The position numbers were made by a program, and so were the translations under genes. Positions 11,205 through 22,274 of a stretch of 64,000 nucleotides of DNA are shown here, piece by piece (position 1 is the first letter of the stretch; every line of letters begins with the position of its first letter). Origin of the DNA: Sphingomonadales bacterium (GTDB lineage Bacteria; Pseudomonadota; Alphaproteobacteria; Sphingomonadales; Sphingomonadaceae). The notes under the pieces are model-generated. The model was not told the origin of the DNA, did not search any database, and worked only from the letters and a program-made list of their open reading frames with translations. The stretch covers positions 128-64,127 of the forward strand of contig JBDUBD010000001.1 in NCBI GenBank assembly GCA_040004295.1. Reading direction: 5' to 3'.

Positions 11205-11698
11205 TTCGTGGCCGGTTCCGCCGTGCGCCGGGCATAAAGGGCCACACGCGCGACGATCTGGTCGGCAACGACACCGGTCAGCCGTTCGAGCGCGGTGTTT
11301 TCGGCGGCGATCGTCGCATAGTCGGAACTGACGACGTCGATGCCCGCGTCCGACCCGGCCGTCGCGTCGAGCACGACCGTGCCGGGGCCGATTTCCACGA
11401 GGCGATAGCGTGCGCGCAGCGTCCGTCGCTCGCGCGTCACGGCATCGTCGCGGCGCACGCCGAAGCCGGTGATCTGGTCGTCGAGTTCGACATCGAGCCG
11501 GTAGCGAGGGCTGCCCGCGGCGGCGATGCGATCCTTGAGTGCGGAGGACATCAGCCAGCCGGCCTTGCCCTCGATCGGTGCGACATCGACGCCTGACAGG
11601 GTCGATGCGACGACGCCCGCGCTGCCGCCCTGATAGAGCGGGGTCAGGCCGCATCCCGCGAGCGAAGCGAACAGCGTGAGGGCGACGACGCGTTTCAT
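11201..11698 (-). CDS. lptE: LPS assembly lipoprotein LptE
   Basis: Lipobox [10 protein letters not shown], conserved leuS-lptE-holA order. Confidence 0.88.
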   Translation of the reverse strand: MKRVVALTLFASLAGCGLTPLYQGGSAGVVASTLSGVDVAPIEGKAGWLMSSALKDRIAAAGSPRYRLDVELDDQITGFGVRRDDAVTRERRTLRARYRLVEIGPGTVVLDATAGSDAGIDVVSSDYATIAAENTALERLTGVVADQIVARVALYARRTAEPATK

Positions 11699-14193
11699 GC
11701 GACGAGATTGACCAAGCGGTCGGGCACGACAATCACTTTCTTCGGCTCCGCGCCATCGAGGATGCGGCGCACGTTCTCCGACGCGCGGGCGATCGCCTCA
11801 AGGTCTTCGCGCGCGGTGCCCTTTGCGACCGTCACCGTGTCGCGCAGCTTGCCGTTGACCTGGATCGCGACCGTCACCTGATCGTCGACCAGCAGCGCCG
11901 GGTCGGCGACCGGCCATTCCGCGTCGGCAACCAGGCCGGTATGGCCCATTGCCGCCCAGGCTTCCTCGGCAAGGTGTGGCAGCATCGGCGCGACAAGGCG
12001 GACGAGCGCGGTCACTGCGGCATCGCGCGACGCGGAGGGCTTCGCTTTCTCGATCGCGTTGGCGAGTTCGTGGACCTTCGCGACCGCCTTGTTGAACGCG
12101 AGCGCGTCGATCGACTCGGCAATACCGGCGATGGCGCGATGCAGGGCGCGGTCGAGTGCCGGGTCGCTGCCGGTGTTGTCGCGTTCGCTCTCGAACAGCC
12201 GCCACAGCCGCTGGACAAAACGCCACGTGCCCTCGATCCCACTTTCCGACCAGGGCAGGTCGCGTTCCGGCGGACTGTCGGACAGCATGAACCAGCGCAC
12301 GGCATCGGCACCATAGGTGTCGAACATCGGCTCGGGGTCGATGGTGTTCTTCTTCGACTTCGACATTTTTTCGACGCGACCGATTTCTGCGGGTTTGCCC
12401 GTCGCGACGATCACGCCATCGGTAACTTCATCAGGCGCCAGCCATTTGCCATCGGCGTCCTTGTACGTCTCGTGCGTCACCATCCCCTGTGTGAACAGCC
12501 CGGCGAACGGTTCGGTGATCCCAATCTTGCCGATGTGGTTCAGCGCGCGCGTCCAGAAGCGGGCGTAGAGCAGGTGAAGGATCGCATGTTCGACCCCGCC
12601 GATATACTGGCCGACCGGCAGCCAGCTTTCGGCCTCCGCCCGGTCGAACGGCGCGTTGTCGGGCTGGCTGGCGAAGCGAATGAAATACCACGACGAATCG
12701 ACGAAGGTGTCGAGTGTGTCGGTTTCGCGCCGCGCCGGTTCGTTGCAATTCGGACAGCTAACGTTCTTCCACGTCGGGTGCCGGTCGAGCGGGTTGCCTG
12801 GTACGTCGAAGCTGACGTCATCGGGCAGTATCACCGGCAGTTGTCCGCGCGGCACCGGCATCACGCCACAGAAATCGCAGTGGATGATCGGGATCGGCGT
12901 ACCCCAGTAACGCTGGCGCGACACGCCCCAGTCGCGCAGCCGGTATTGGGTCTGCCCCTGGCCCCACATCTCGCGCTCGGCACGCGCGATGATCGCGGCC
13001 TTGGCGTCATCGACCGACAGGCCGTCGAGGAAGTCCGAATTGACGAGCGTGCCCGCGCCGTTGAACGCCTCGTTCCCGCGGAAATAGGGATCGGTGATCT
13101 CGCCATCGGCAACAACGCGCCGCACCGGCAGCTCGTATTTCCGCGCGAAGTCGAGGTCGCGCTGGTCGTGCGCGGGCACGCCCATAACGGCGCCTGTGCC
13201 ATAGTCCATCAGCACGAAATTTGCGACGAACACGGGCAGCTTCGCACCCTCGATCAACGGATGCTCGACCGTCAGCCCAGTGTCGAAGCCCAGCTTTTCC
13301 GCGGTTTCGATCTCGGCCGCGGTCGTTCCGCCCCTGCGGCATTCCTCGATAAACTGTTCGAGCGCGTAGCGTTTCGCCGCCAGCTCCTGCGCCAGCGGAT
13401 GGTCGCAGGCGATGGCGAGGAAGCTCGCGCCGTAAATGGTGTCGGGCCGCGTCGTGTAGACGTCGATGATCTCGTCCGAACCGGTCACGGTGAAGCTCGC
13501 GCGCATGCCGCGTGACTTGCCGATCCAGTTCTCCTGCATCAGCCGGACCTTGTCGGGCCATTGGTCGAGCGTATCGAGCCCCGCGAGCAAATCCTCGGCA
13601 AAGTCGGTGATCTTGAGGAACCACTGGCTGAGCTTCTTCTTTTCGACCAGCGCGCCTGATCGCCAGCCGCGCCCGTCGATAACCTGTTCGTTGGCGAGCA
13701 CGGTCATATCGACCGGATCCCAGTTGACCGCCGATTCCTTGCGGTAGACCAGCCCCGCCTTGTACAGGTCGAGGAACAGAACCTGTTCGTGCCCGTAATA
13801 ATCGGGTTCGCAGGTTGCGAGTTCTCTGGACCAGTCGATCGCGAGGCCCAGCCGCTTCAGTTGCGCGCGCATCGCCGCGATGTTGGCGCGCGTCCATTCG
13901 CCCGGATGCACACCGCGTTCCATCGCCGCGTTTTCAGCGGGCATGCCGAAGGCATCCCATCCCATGGGGTGAAGCACCTCATGCCCGGTCATCCGCTTGT
14001 AGCGCGCAAGCACATCGCCCATCGCGTAATTGCGGACGTGACCCATGTGGATGCGCCCCGACGGATAGGGGAACATCTCCAAGACATAGGCGCGCGGTTT
14101 TGCGCTGGCGGAATCGGCAGCAAAGCTCTGCCGCTTGTCCCATTCGGCTTGCCAGCGCGCGTCCGCTTCGAGTGGGTTGAAGCGTGTCGCCAT
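11695..14193 (-). CDS. leuS: Leucine--tRNA ligase
   Basis: [13 protein letters not shown] (HIGH) and KMSKSKKN motifs; 832 aa. Confidence 0.99.
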   Translation of the reverse strand: MATRFNPLEADARWQAEWDKRQSFAADSASAKPRAYVLEMFPYPSGRIHMGHVRNYAMGDVLARYKRMTGHEVLHPMGWDAFGMPAENAAMERGVHPGEWTRANIAAMRAQLKRLGLAIDWSRELATCEPDYYGHEQVLFLDLYKAGLVYRKESAVNWDPVDMTVLANEQVIDGRGWRSGALVEKKKLSQWFLKITDFAEDLLAGLDTLDQWPDKVRLMQENWIGKSRGMRASFTVTGSDEIIDVYTTRPDTIYGASFLAIACDHPLAQELAAKRYALEQFIEECRRGGTTAAEIETAEKLGFDTGLTVEHPLIEGAKLPVFVANFVLMDYGTGAVMGVPAHDQRDLDFARKYELPVRRVVADGEITDPYFRGNEAFNGAGTLVNSDFLDGLSVDDAKAAIIARAEREMWGQGQTQYRLRDWGVSRQRYWGTPIPIIHCDFCGVMPVPRGQLPVILPDDVSFDVPGNPLDRHPTWKNVSCPNCNEPARRETDTLDTFVDSSWYFIRFASQPDNAPFDRAEAESWLPVGQYIGGVEHAILHLLYARFWTRALNHIGKIGITEPFAGLFTQGMVTHETYKDADGKWLAPDEVTDGVIVATGKPAEIGRVEKMSKSKKNTIDPEPMFDTYGADAVRWFMLSDSPPERDLPWSESGIEGTWRFVQRLWRLFESERDNTGSDPALDRALHRAIAGIAESIDALAFNKAVAKVHELANAIEKAKPSASRDAAVTALVRLVAPMLPHLAEEAWAAMGHTGLVADAEWPVADPALLVDDQVTVAIQVNGKLRDTVTVAKGTAREDLEAIARASENVRRILDGAEPKKVIVVPDRLVNLVA

Positions 14194-14200
14194 GATCGGT

Positions 14201-14635
14201 TTATCCGGCGATGGCGTTCCGGCGCAGGTCGCGGGCCTTGGTCAGGATGATGTCTTCCAGCTTCTGGACGGTCGCGGCCTGAACCGGAACGTCGATCCAG
14301 GCTCCGCTCTGCTGAACCTGACGCGAGGCGGCGACGCGCAGTGCGTCGGCGCGCAGATCCTGGTCGAGGATGGTGATCGTCAACTTCATCCGTTCGGCGG
14401 GCGCGCTGGGGTTCGCGTACCAGTCGGTCACGATAACGCCGCCATTCGAATCGGTCTGCACCAGCGGCATGAAGCCCACGGTGTCGAGTGCGGCGCGCCA
14501 CAAATAGCTGTTGATGCCGATGGTCGTGGTGCGCGACGCGGCGAGATCGGCGGTCTTAGGCCGCTTGTTCTTCGAACCGCAGGCGGCAAGTGGGGCAATC
14601 AGGATCATCGCGGCAAGGACGATACGGCGTTTCAT
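14201..14635 (-). CDS. DUF3576 lipoprotein
   Basis: LAAC lipobox; [18 protein letters not shown]...[12 protein letters not shown] motif; usual position upstream of leuS. Confidence 0.85.
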   Translation of the reverse strand: MKRRIVLAAMILIAPLAACGSKNKRPKTADLAASRTTTIGINSYLWRAALDTVGFMPLVQTDSNGGVIVTDWYANPSAPAERMKLTITILDQDLRADALRVAASRQVQQSGAWIDVPVQAATVQKLEDIILTKARDLRRNAIAG

Positions 14636-14852
14636 GTAGGGCGATTCCTCAGGGGCGAAGTGATACTCGCGTGTGGCGCTATGCGTTAGGCGATGGCTGC
14701 ACCGCCCGCAAGCGCGACCGCCTCAACACGATAAACGACATTTTGTGTGTGAGTCCTGCAACACGCACGAAACAAAAGCACTGTAGGGGTTTTCGTGAGG
14801 GCGGAAATGCCTATGTGCTTCGGGTGGAAATAAAAGGGGTTTACGAGTCGCG

Positions 14853-15569
14853 ATGACGACGAGGCGGATTTTGGGCGGAATGGCGGCGGGCGCAATGCTC
14901 GTGTCGCTTGCCGCGCTGTCGCCCGCGATCGGTGCCTCTAAGTCCCCCGATGCGCTGGGGCCGCGTATCTCGCTCGGCTTCGGTGACGGTATCGGTTCGT
15001 TTACGCCCGCCGCGACCGACGCACGGCTTGCGGCATCGCTTTCTCGCTCCGGCCTGTCGAGCAGCGGCTTTCGCTTCACCCCGGCTTCATCGGTTCGACT
15101 CACTCGGTCGGTGACCGTAGCCGTTCGAGCGCGCTCGAACGCAGAAAGTGCCGCTAGCGGTCAAGCGGGACTGGTCGCATCGACCGCGCCGTCGATTGCA
15201 CCGATCGCGTATAACCTTGGCGTTGCTGTCGGCTGGAAGAAGTTTGCCGTCTCGGGCGACGTGCAGAAGATGGACATTGTCGGCATCGGCAAGCGCGAGT
15301 CGGCCGATATCGGTGTCAGCTACACCAACCGCCGCTTCAGCACGCGACTTCAGGTCGGTGCCGATCGTTCGACCGGTCCCGCGCTTCGCGCGCCGGGCAA
15401 TGGCGAGGGCTATTCGGTCGATCTGGGCAGTTCTTACTCGCTGACACGCGGTGTCGATGTGACTGCGGGTCTGCGCTACCGCGCCGAACGCGAAGAACGC
15501 CTGCTTCCGCAAAACGATACGCGTCGCGACAGCCAGGCTGTCTATGTCGGAACCGCGTTCCGCTTCTGA
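14853..15569 (+). CDS. Hypothetical outer-membrane beta-barrel/porin-like protein
   Basis: Signal peptide, alternating beta-strand pattern, C-terminal YVGTAFRF beta-signal. Confidence 0.7.
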   Translation: MTTRRILGGMAAGAMLVSLAALSPAIGASKSPDALGPRISLGFGDGIGSFTPAATDARLAASLSRSGLSSSGFRFTPASSVRLTRSVTVAVRARSNAESAASGQAGLVASTAPSIAPIAYNLGVAVGWKKFAVSGDVQKMDIVGIGKRESADIGVSYTNRRFSTRLQVGADRSTGPALRAPGNGEGYSVDLGSSYSLTRGVDVTAGLRYRAEREERLLPQNDTRRDSQAVYVGTAFRF

Positions 15570-16099
15570 CCGAGTGCGTCGATTGCAGCCCAGCCGTGAA
15601 TTTGCAGATTATTGAGCCGATTGAATTGTCGCGCGTTCATGCCGCCGAGCGCGACTACCTCTTTTCGCATCGTGCCGACCATCAGCCCCAGCCGAACCGG
15701 ACCTAGCGTTCGCGCGCCAACGTGAGAGCGCGTGGCGAATACGGGCGAGACGAATACCAGATCGGCCGTTGCGACCCGCGCGATCTGCAATTCGCGACCG
15801 TCGTGCACCGCAACCGTCCGCAATCCCCGACTGCGCAAGGTCGAACGATGGTGTGCTCCGTCTGCACCCCATGCTCTGGCGCGTGCAGGTGTATCGGCGA
15901 GCAGCAGCAGCAGGCGTCGTCGGCGCGCAATAATTTTTATCCGTTCGAACAGTGCGCGACGGGCCTGTGGAGCTGTCGCATGATGGCGAAAGACGATGCC
16001 TGCGCCCTTTGGCAGCCGCATCACTACCGCCGGCAGATCGTCGATGCGCTCGTCGGTCATCAGCCAGATACGTGGCAAAGGCGGGTGGCGGCGGTGCAT
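15542..16099 (-). CDS. Thiamine phosphate synthase-family (TenI-like) protein
   Basis: IWLMTDER, GADGAH, DLVFVSPVFATRSH, VALGGM; start ATG 16099. Confidence 0.8.
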   Translation of the reverse strand: MHRRHPPLPRIWLMTDERIDDLPAVVMRLPKGAGIVFRHHATAPQARRALFERIKIIARRRRLLLLLADTPARARAWGADGAHHRSTLRSRGLRTVAVHDGRELQIARVATADLVFVSPVFATRSHVGARTLGPVRLGLMVGTMRKEVVALGGMNARQFNRLNNLQIHGWAAIDALGQKRNAVPT

Positions 16100-16122
16100 T
16101 CTGCCCCCTATAGCCCCGCGCC

Positions 16123-16794
16123 GTGGACACACTGCAATCCCCCGAACAACGATTAGCCGCCGTGCGCGACTCGATCGCCGCAGCAGCGAAGCGCGCGAAC
16201 CGCAACCCGGCCGAAGTCACGCTGATCGCGATCAGCAAGACGCACGAAGCCGCCGCTATTCGTCCGTTGATCGCGGCCGGGCAGCGCGTGTTCGGCGAAA
16301 ACCGTGTGCAGGAAGCGGCGGAGAAATGGCCCGCGCTGCGTGACGAGGTGCAAGGTATCGTACTTCACCTTGTTGGCCAGCTCCAGTCGAACAAGGCACT
16401 CGATGCCGTCGCGATGTTCGACGCGATCCATTCGATCGACCGGTCATCGCTGGTGACGGCACTTGCGCGCGCGATGGATAAAACCGACCGTCGCCCGCAG
16501 TGCTTCGTTCAGGTCGATCTGGCAAACGAGCCGCAAAAGGGCGGCTGTGCGGTCGCCGATCTGTCTGCCCTGCTTGTCGAAGCACGGGCAGCGGATCTGA
16601 ACATCGCTGGCCTGATGGCGGTGCCGCCGCTCGACCTCGAACCCGCACCCTGGTTCGCCTTGCTCGGCAAGCTCGCCGACGACAACGGCCTGACGGGCCT
16701 AAGCATGGGCATGTCGGGCGATTTCCCGACCGCCGTCACCCTTGGCGCGACCCACGTCCGCGTTGGCACCGCATTGTTCGGGGGGCGTGCGTGA
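16123..16794 (+). CDS. yggS: PLP homeostasis protein YggS
   Basis: LIAISKT, FGENRVQE, HLVGQLQSNK, LSMGMSGDF, VRVGTALFG. Confidence 0.96.
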   Translation: MDTLQSPEQRLAAVRDSIAAAAKRANRNPAEVTLIAISKTHEAAAIRPLIAAGQRVFGENRVQEAAEKWPALRDEVQGIVLHLVGQLQSNKALDAVAMFDAIHSIDRSSLVTALARAMDKTDRRPQCFVQVDLANEPQKGGCAVADLSALLVEARAADLNIAGLMAVPPLDLEPAPWFALLGKLADDNGLTGLSMGMSGDFPTAVTLGATHVRVGTALFGGRA

Positions 16795-17453
16795 CGATCG
16801 ACGCCATAATTTTCGACTTCGACGGCGTGCTGATCGAAAGCGAATATGTCGGCAACGTCAACATCGCGAAGGTGCTGACGGATATTGGCTATCCGACGAC
16901 GGTCGAACAGTCGCTCGACAACTTTGTCGGGCTTGGCGGGCGCGACTTCATCGACGCGGTCGAACGGTATATCGGAGACGCGATTCCGGAGACGTTCTAC
17001 GCGGCGCGCAAGGTGGAGGATGCCCGCGTCCTCTCCGAAGGGCTGGATGCGGTCGCGGGGGCAGTCGATTTTGTGCGTTCGCTACCGGCTGACATGCCAC
17101 GCGCTATCGCTTCCTCCTCGACGACGCACTGGATTGCCACGCACCTCGACCATCTCGGTCTTCGCGATGCATTCGGCGACCACATCTATTCGGGTCGCGA
17201 GCATGTGACGCGCGGCAAGCCCGCGCCCGACATCTATCTGCACGCCGCGAATGCGATCGGTGCCGACATTACGCGCACGCTGATTATTGAGGATTCGCCC
17301 GTCGGCGTGACCGGTGCCGTCGCGTCCGGTGCGCAGGTCGTCGGCCTTGCGGTCGGGCGGCATTGCGGTGACGGTCACGACGTCAAATTGCGCGAGGCCG
17401 GCGCTCCGCGAGTCGTCCGCAGCTTCGACAAGATTGCGGCGCTGCTACGCTAG
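16791..17453 (+). CDS. HAD-family phosphatase
   Basis: FDFDGVL motif I, GKPAPDIY, IEDS; GTG start overlaps the yggS stop. Confidence 0.9.
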   Translation: MTIDAIIFDFDGVLIESEYVGNVNIAKVLTDIGYPTTVEQSLDNFVGLGGRDFIDAVERYIGDAIPETFYAARKVEDARVLSEGLDAVAGAVDFVRSLPADMPRAIASSSTTHWIATHLDHLGLRDAFGDHIYSGREHVTRGKPAPDIYLHAANAIGADITRTLIIEDSPVGVTGAVASGAQVVGLAVGRHCGDGHDVKLREAGAPRVVRSFDKIAALLR

Positions 17454-18499
17454 AGTTGATGCCCCGTCCGGTCGCGTTTGGTCGCCAGATAGCGTTCGTT
17501 GTGAGGGTTGTGCGCGACCTTGTGCGGTACGCGTTCGATCACTGAAACACCCGCTGCATTCAGCCCCGCAACCTTGGCGGGGTTGTTTGTGAGCAGGCGG
17601 ACGGTCGATTGCCCGAGGAGCGTCAGCATCCGCGCGGCGACACCGAAATCGCGCGCATCGACCGCAAAGCCGAGGCGCAGATTGGCGTCCACCGTATCGA
17701 ATCCCTGGTCCTGCAATTCATAGGCGCGCAGCTTGTTGATCAGGCCAATTCCACGCCCCTCCTGTCGCAGGTAGAGCAGGATGCCCCAACCGGCATTGGC
17801 GATTTCCGATAGCGCGGCATGGAGTTGCGGGCCGCAATCGCATTTCAGGCTGCCGAGCACATCGCCGGTCAGGCATTCGCTGTGCAGTCGCACCAGTGGC
17901 GGCGTTCCGTCCGGCGCGCCAATGATGAGTGCGACGTGTTCCGAAATGCTTTCCGGGCTACGAAACGCGACGATTTCTGCATTCTCCGCTGCATCGACGG
18001 GCAGGCGTGCCCGCGCGACGATGTCGAGCCGGTCGGCACTGTCATAGGCGGCGACATCGGCAGGCGTGACAATGACATCGACCGCCCCTTTGTGCGCGAC
18101 AAAAAACGCGGGAAGGATGCCGGTCAGGCGCGCCAGTTCGAGTGCGGCAATGGCGTCCTCAGGATCGGCGTTGTCTATGGCGCGAAACGGCCCCTGCAGC
18201 GGATGAGCGAGATCGGTCGCCGGATCGGCAAGCGCCAGCGCCGCCGCCAGATCGAGCCAGGGTGCCCGTGCAATCATTACCGGCGAGGCCCCATCGCCCG
18301 CTGCCCACTGATTGGTCAGCTTCAGCGTCGCGGCGCGCGAGCCCGCGATGAGGATGTCGGATTGCGCTTCGGGATCGAACGATTCGAGGCGGGGCGCGTC
18401 CGCCGTCTCAACCGGCAATACATGCAGCGCCCCAACTGCGACCGGCCAGCCACGACGCAGCGCGTCAATCGCGCGGGCGGCGGCACGAGGATCTGCCAT
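17450..18499 (-). CDS. ribA: GTP cyclohydrolase II with a degenerate N-terminal RibB-like domain
   Basis: VRLHSECLTGD, CDCG, QEGRGIGL, LLTNNP; start ATG 18499. Confidence 0.93.
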   Translation of the reverse strand: MADPRAAARAIDALRRGWPVAVGALHVLPVETADAPRLESFDPEAQSDILIAGSRAATLKLTNQWAAGDGASPVMIARAPWLDLAAALALADPATDLAHPLQGPFRAIDNADPEDAIAALELARLTGILPAFFVAHKGAVDVIVTPADVAAYDSADRLDIVARARLPVDAAENAEIVAFRSPESISEHVALIIGAPDGTPPLVRLHSECLTGDVLGSLKCDCGPQLHAALSEIANAGWGILLYLRQEGRGIGLINKLRAYELQDQGFDTVDANLRLGFAVDARDFGVAARMLTLLGQSTVRLLTNNPAKVAGLNAAGVSVIERVPHKVAHNPHNERYLATKRDRTGHQL

Positions 18500-18501
18500 G
18501 C

Positions 18502-19296
18502 TCAGAACACGAACTCGGTGACGAGCGGAACATGGTCCGAAGGCTTGATCCAGCTGCGGCAGGGTTCGTGGACGGTGTGCGTCACTGCCTGTGCCGCAAC
18601 ATCTTTCGTCGCCCACATATGGTCGAGCCGGCGGCCGCGATCAGACGCGGCCCAATCCTTGGCGCGATAGCTCCACCAGGTGTGCAGCCGCCCCGGCGCG
18701 GGATAGAAATGCCGTCCCAGGTCGACCCAGTCGCCCGCCGCCTGCAATTTCCCCAGCGTTTCGACTTCGATCGGCGTGTGGCTGACCACATCCAGTAGCG
18801 CTTTGTGACTCCACACGTCGCATTCGAGCGGTGCGACGTTGAAGTCGCCGACGATAAGTGTCGGCTCCTTCACGGTCTCCGACCACCGCGTCATGCGCCC
18901 GAGGAAGTCGAGCTTTTGCCCAAATTTGGGATTGAGGTTGCGGTCGGGAATATCTCCGCCCGCGGGGATATAAACATTCTCAAGGCGCAGGCCGTTCTGC
19001 AGCCGCACACCGATGTGCCGTGCCTCGCCATTGTCCTGCCAGTCGTTGCGCAGATCTTCAGTGAAGGGGATGCGAGACAGGATCGCCACGCCATGGTGCA
19101 TCGGCTGACCGTTGATCGCACGATGGACATAGCCCAGCGGGTCGAACAGATCATGGGGAAAATCGTCGTCGCGCGCCTTGGTCTCCTGGAGGCAAAGCAC
19201 GTCGGGGGATTGCTCGCGCAGGAACTGCTCGACGATGTCACGCCGGAAACGGACGGAATTGATATTCCAGCTGGCGATTTTCAGGCGTTCGGACAT
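18502..19296 (-). CDS. xth: Exodeoxyribonuclease III
   Basis: ASWNINS, LCLQETK, GDFNVAP, SDHVP. Confidence 0.93.
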   Translation of the reverse strand: MSERLKIASWNINSVRFRRDIVEQFLREQSPDVLCLQETKARDDDFPHDLFDPLGYVHRAINGQPMHHGVAILSRIPFTEDLRNDWQDNGEARHIGVRLQNGLRLENVYIPAGGDIPDRNLNPKFGQKLDFLGRMTRWSETVKEPTLIVGDFNVAPLECDVWSHKALLDVVSHTPIEVETLGKLQAAGDWVDLGRHFYPAPGRLHTWWSYRAKDWAASDRGRRLDHMWATKDVAAQAVTHTVHEPCRSWIKPSDHVPLVTEFVF

Positions 19297-19336
19297 GCGC
19301 GTCCGCACTTAGGGACGCGCATGCCGAATGCCTAGA

Positions 19337-20302
19337 TCAATAGGGCTGTTGCGAAGGTGCAAGCTTCGTGTTCAGCACCCAGCCGACGTTGTCGTTCTCG
19401 TCGGCGACCTGCCACCACAGTCCGTTCTGCGGTCCGGTCGGATAGACGACCGACCCCGGCGGCAGTGTACGGACAACCTTGCCATTTGCCGCTGCTATCG
19501 AGCGCATGATCACCGATCCCTGTGCCGTGAACGTCTTCTTGGGGGCAGCCTGTGCCGTACCTGCATCGCCCGGACGGACGAGACCGAGTTCGGTCACCAT
19601 CTTCGAATAGGCCTGGATGAATGCCATCGTCACGATGCGACCGACATCAGTGTTGTCGTAACCGCCGCCAACCGCGCCAACGCCGCCGCCGAAGAATCCG
19701 GTGCCACCGCCGACGCCGAACGAAATGCTGTTCTTCGCAGCATAGCCATCGACGGTCGAGATCGTCTCGGTCGTGCGGACGTTGGTCAGCGACAGGACGG
19801 TGTTCGCCTCCATCTTCTTGCTGCCGATGCCGCCGGCGAGCGCGCCGAAGCGTCCGCCGATCAGCCCACCGATGGCGCCGCCGACCGCGCTGCCACCCGA
19901 ATTGCTGTTCGCCGCCTGGACTTCAGCGACCAAGACATAGTCCGCAGCCTTGATCTGTCCCTGTCCGACGTTCGATCCGCGTTGCAGGCCCAGCCCGCCG
20001 CCGATGTCGCGTTCGCGCTGTGCGGCACTCAGACCCGATCCGCGATCGACCAGGTTGAAACAACCCGAACGCTGGACCAGCACCTTGATCAGCTTTTGCG
20101 GGCCGGTCAGCTGGAACTGGGTCCAGCCGCGCGGATCGTCCCCGTCCATGACCGAAACCGTGCCCAGCTTGCGTGTGCAGCGCGGCACGTCGTCCATCAG
20201 CTGTTGCTGGGTTTTCTGAGTTTTCGAAGGCTTCGCAAGCTGTGCGGTAGCCGGTGTTGCAACAAGCGCGGCAACGGCCGCGGCGGCGAAAATCTGACGC
20301 AT
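19337..20302 (-). CDS. CsgG/HfaB-family secreted protein with a C-terminal SH3b-like domain
   Basis: Signal peptide, [10 protein letters not shown] and Gly-rich IGGLIGG segment of CsgG-like folds; C-terminal ...GLWWQV...VGWV resembles SH3b. Confidence 0.7.
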   Translation of the reverse strand: MRQIFAAAAVAALVATPATAQLAKPSKTQKTQQQLMDDVPRCTRKLGTVSVMDGDDPRGWTQFQLTGPQKLIKVLVQRSGCFNLVDRGSGLSAAQRERDIGGGLGLQRGSNVGQGQIKAADYVLVAEVQAANSNSGGSAVGGAIGGLIGGRFGALAGGIGSKKMEANTVLSLTNVRTTETISTVDGYAAKNSISFGVGGGTGFFGGGVGAVGGGYDNTDVGRIVTMAFIQAYSKMVTELGLVRPGDAGTAQAAPKKTFTAQGSVIMRSIAAANGKVVRTLPPGSVVYPTGPQNGLWWQVADENDNVGWVLNTKLAPSQQPY

Positions 20303-20420
20303 TATAATCCCCTTACCCCACGGCGCCCCGAATGCGGGTGCGCGCGCGAAACGAATGTGCGATCCCGTTTCCGTTCAGCAGTCTAGCAGCGAGCCGTCGG
20401 CTCCGCTAGGCGCTTCGGAC

Positions 20421-22271
20421 ATGACCCCGCTCGACAAGATCCGCAACTTCTCAATCATAGCCCATATAGACCATGGCAAGTCGACGCTTGCCGACCGGCT
20501 GATCCAAACGACGGGCGGGCTGACCGCGCGTGAGATGTCGGCGCAAGTCCTTGATAACATGGACATAGAAAAGGAACGCGGCATCACCATCAAGGCGCAG
20601 ACTGTGCGCCTCGACTGGAAGGGTTACGAGCTCAACCTGATGGACACGCCCGGCCACGTCGATTTCGCGTACGAGGTCAGCCGCAGCTTGGCCGCCTGCG
20701 AAGGCGCGTTGCTGGTGGTCGATGCGGCGCAGGGGGTCGAGGCACAGACGCTGGCCAACGTGTACCAGTCGATTGAGCACGATCATGAAATCGTCCCTGT
20801 TATCAACAAGATAGATCTTCCGGCGGCCGAACCCGAAATGGTCCGCAAGGAAATTGAGGAGATCATCGGCCTCGACGCGTCGAACGCGGTCATGACCAGC
20901 GCGAAATCGGGCATCGGCATCGAGGAAGTCCTCGACGCCATCATCGAACGCATTCCCCCGCCGAAGGGAGACCGCGACGCGCCGCTGAAGGCCATGCTGG
21001 TCGATAGCTGGTACGACCCCTACCTCGGCGTCGTCATCCTCATCCGCGTCATCGACGGCGTGATCCGCAAGGGGCAGGAAATCGTCTTCATGGCGGCGGG
21101 GACGAAGCACCTCGTCGACCGTGTCGGCTGCATGCGCCCCAAAATGGAAATCCTCCCCGAAATCGCGGCGGGCGAAATCGGTTTCATCACCGCGCAGATC
21201 AAGGAAGTCGCGCAGACCCGCGTCGGCGACACGATTACCGATGCCAAGCGCCCCGCACTGGCGGCGCTGCCCGGGTTCAAGGAAGTCCAGCCGGTGGTGT
21301 TCTGCGGACTGTTCCCGGTCGATGCCGCGGACTTCGAGAAATTGCGCGAGAGCATCAGCAAATTGCGGCTCAACGACGCCAGCTTCAGCTTCGAGACCGA
21401 GAGCAGCGCCGCGCTCGGCTTCGGCTTCCGCTGCGGCTTCCTCGGCCTGCTCCACCTCGAGATCATCCAGGAGCGGCTGACCCGCGAATATGACCTCGAC
21501 CTGATCACCACCGCCCCATCCGTGGTCTATCGAATCCAGCTCGGCCGGGCCAAGCGCGGCGACCCGGGGGCGACATCGGGCCGGGTGGTGGTCGGCGAGG
21601 GCGATGACGGCGGCAGCACGATCGAGCTCCACAATCCGGCCGACATGCCCGACCCGAGCCGCATCGTCAGCATCGAGGAGCCGTGGATCGAGGCGGTGAT
21701 CTACGTCCCCGACGAATATCTCGGCCCGATCCTGAAATTGTGCCAGGACCGCCGCGGGATCCAGAAGAACCTCACCTATGTCGCGGGCCGCGCGCAGCTG
21801 ACCTACGAGCTGCCGCTCAACGAAGTGGTGTTCGATTTCTACGACCGGCTGAAGTCGATGTCGAAGGGCTATGCCAGCTTCGACTATCACCAGATCGGCC
21901 ACCGCGAGGGCGACCTCGTCAAGATGAGCATCCTGGTCAACGAGGAACCGGTCGACGCGCTCTCGATGATCGTCCACCGCGGCACCGCCGAGGCCCGCGG
22001 CCGCGGCATGTGCGAGCGGCTGAAGGAGCTGATCCCGCGCCATCTGTTCAAGATCCCGATCCAGGCGGCGATCGGCGGCAAGGTGATCGCGCGCGAAACG
22101 ATCAGCGCGATGCGCAAGGATGTGACGGCAAAATGCTATGGCGGCGATGCGAGCCGCAAGAAAAAGCTGCTGGAAAAGCAGAAAAAGGGCAAAGCGCGGA
22201 TGCGGGAATATGGCAATGTGAGCATCCCGCAGGAGGCGTTTATTGCGGCGCTGCGGATGGGCGAAGAATAA
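20421..22271 (+). CDS. lepA: Translation elongation factor 4 (LepA)
   Basis: [40 protein letters not shown]. Confidence 0.99.
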   Translation: MTPLDKIRNFSIIAHIDHGKSTLADRLIQTTGGLTAREMSAQVLDNMDIEKERGITIKAQTVRLDWKGYELNLMDTPGHVDFAYEVSRSLAACEGALLVVDAAQGVEAQTLANVYQSIEHDHEIVPVINKIDLPAAEPEMVRKEIEEIIGLDASNAVMTSAKSGIGIEEVLDAIIERIPPPKGDRDAPLKAMLVDSWYDPYLGVVILIRVIDGVIRKGQEIVFMAAGTKHLVDRVGCMRPKMEILPEIAAGEIGFITAQIKEVAQTRVGDTITDAKRPALAALPGFKEVQPVVFCGLFPVDAADFEKLRESISKLRLNDASFSFETESSAALGFGFRCGFLGLLHLEIIQERLTREYDLDLITTAPSVVYRIQLGRAKRGDPGATSGRVVVGEGDDGGSTIELHNPADMPDPSRIVSIEEPWIEAVIYVPDEYLGPILKLCQDRRGIQKNLTYVAGRAQLTYELPLNEVVFDFYDRLKSMSKGYASFDYHQIGHREGDLVKMSILVNEEPVDALSMIVHRGTAEARGRGMCERLKELIPRHLFKIPIQAAIGGKVIARETISAMRKDVTAKCYGGDASRKKKLLEKQKKGKARMREYGNVSIPQEAFIAALRMGEE

Positions 22272-22274
22272 GCC

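Noticed and set aside
11941-13515. 524-aa plus-strand ORF
   Set aside because: Antisense shadow of leuS in high-GC DNA; no recognisable motifs.
20451-22043. 530-aa minus-strand ORF
   Set aside because: Antisense shadow of lepA.
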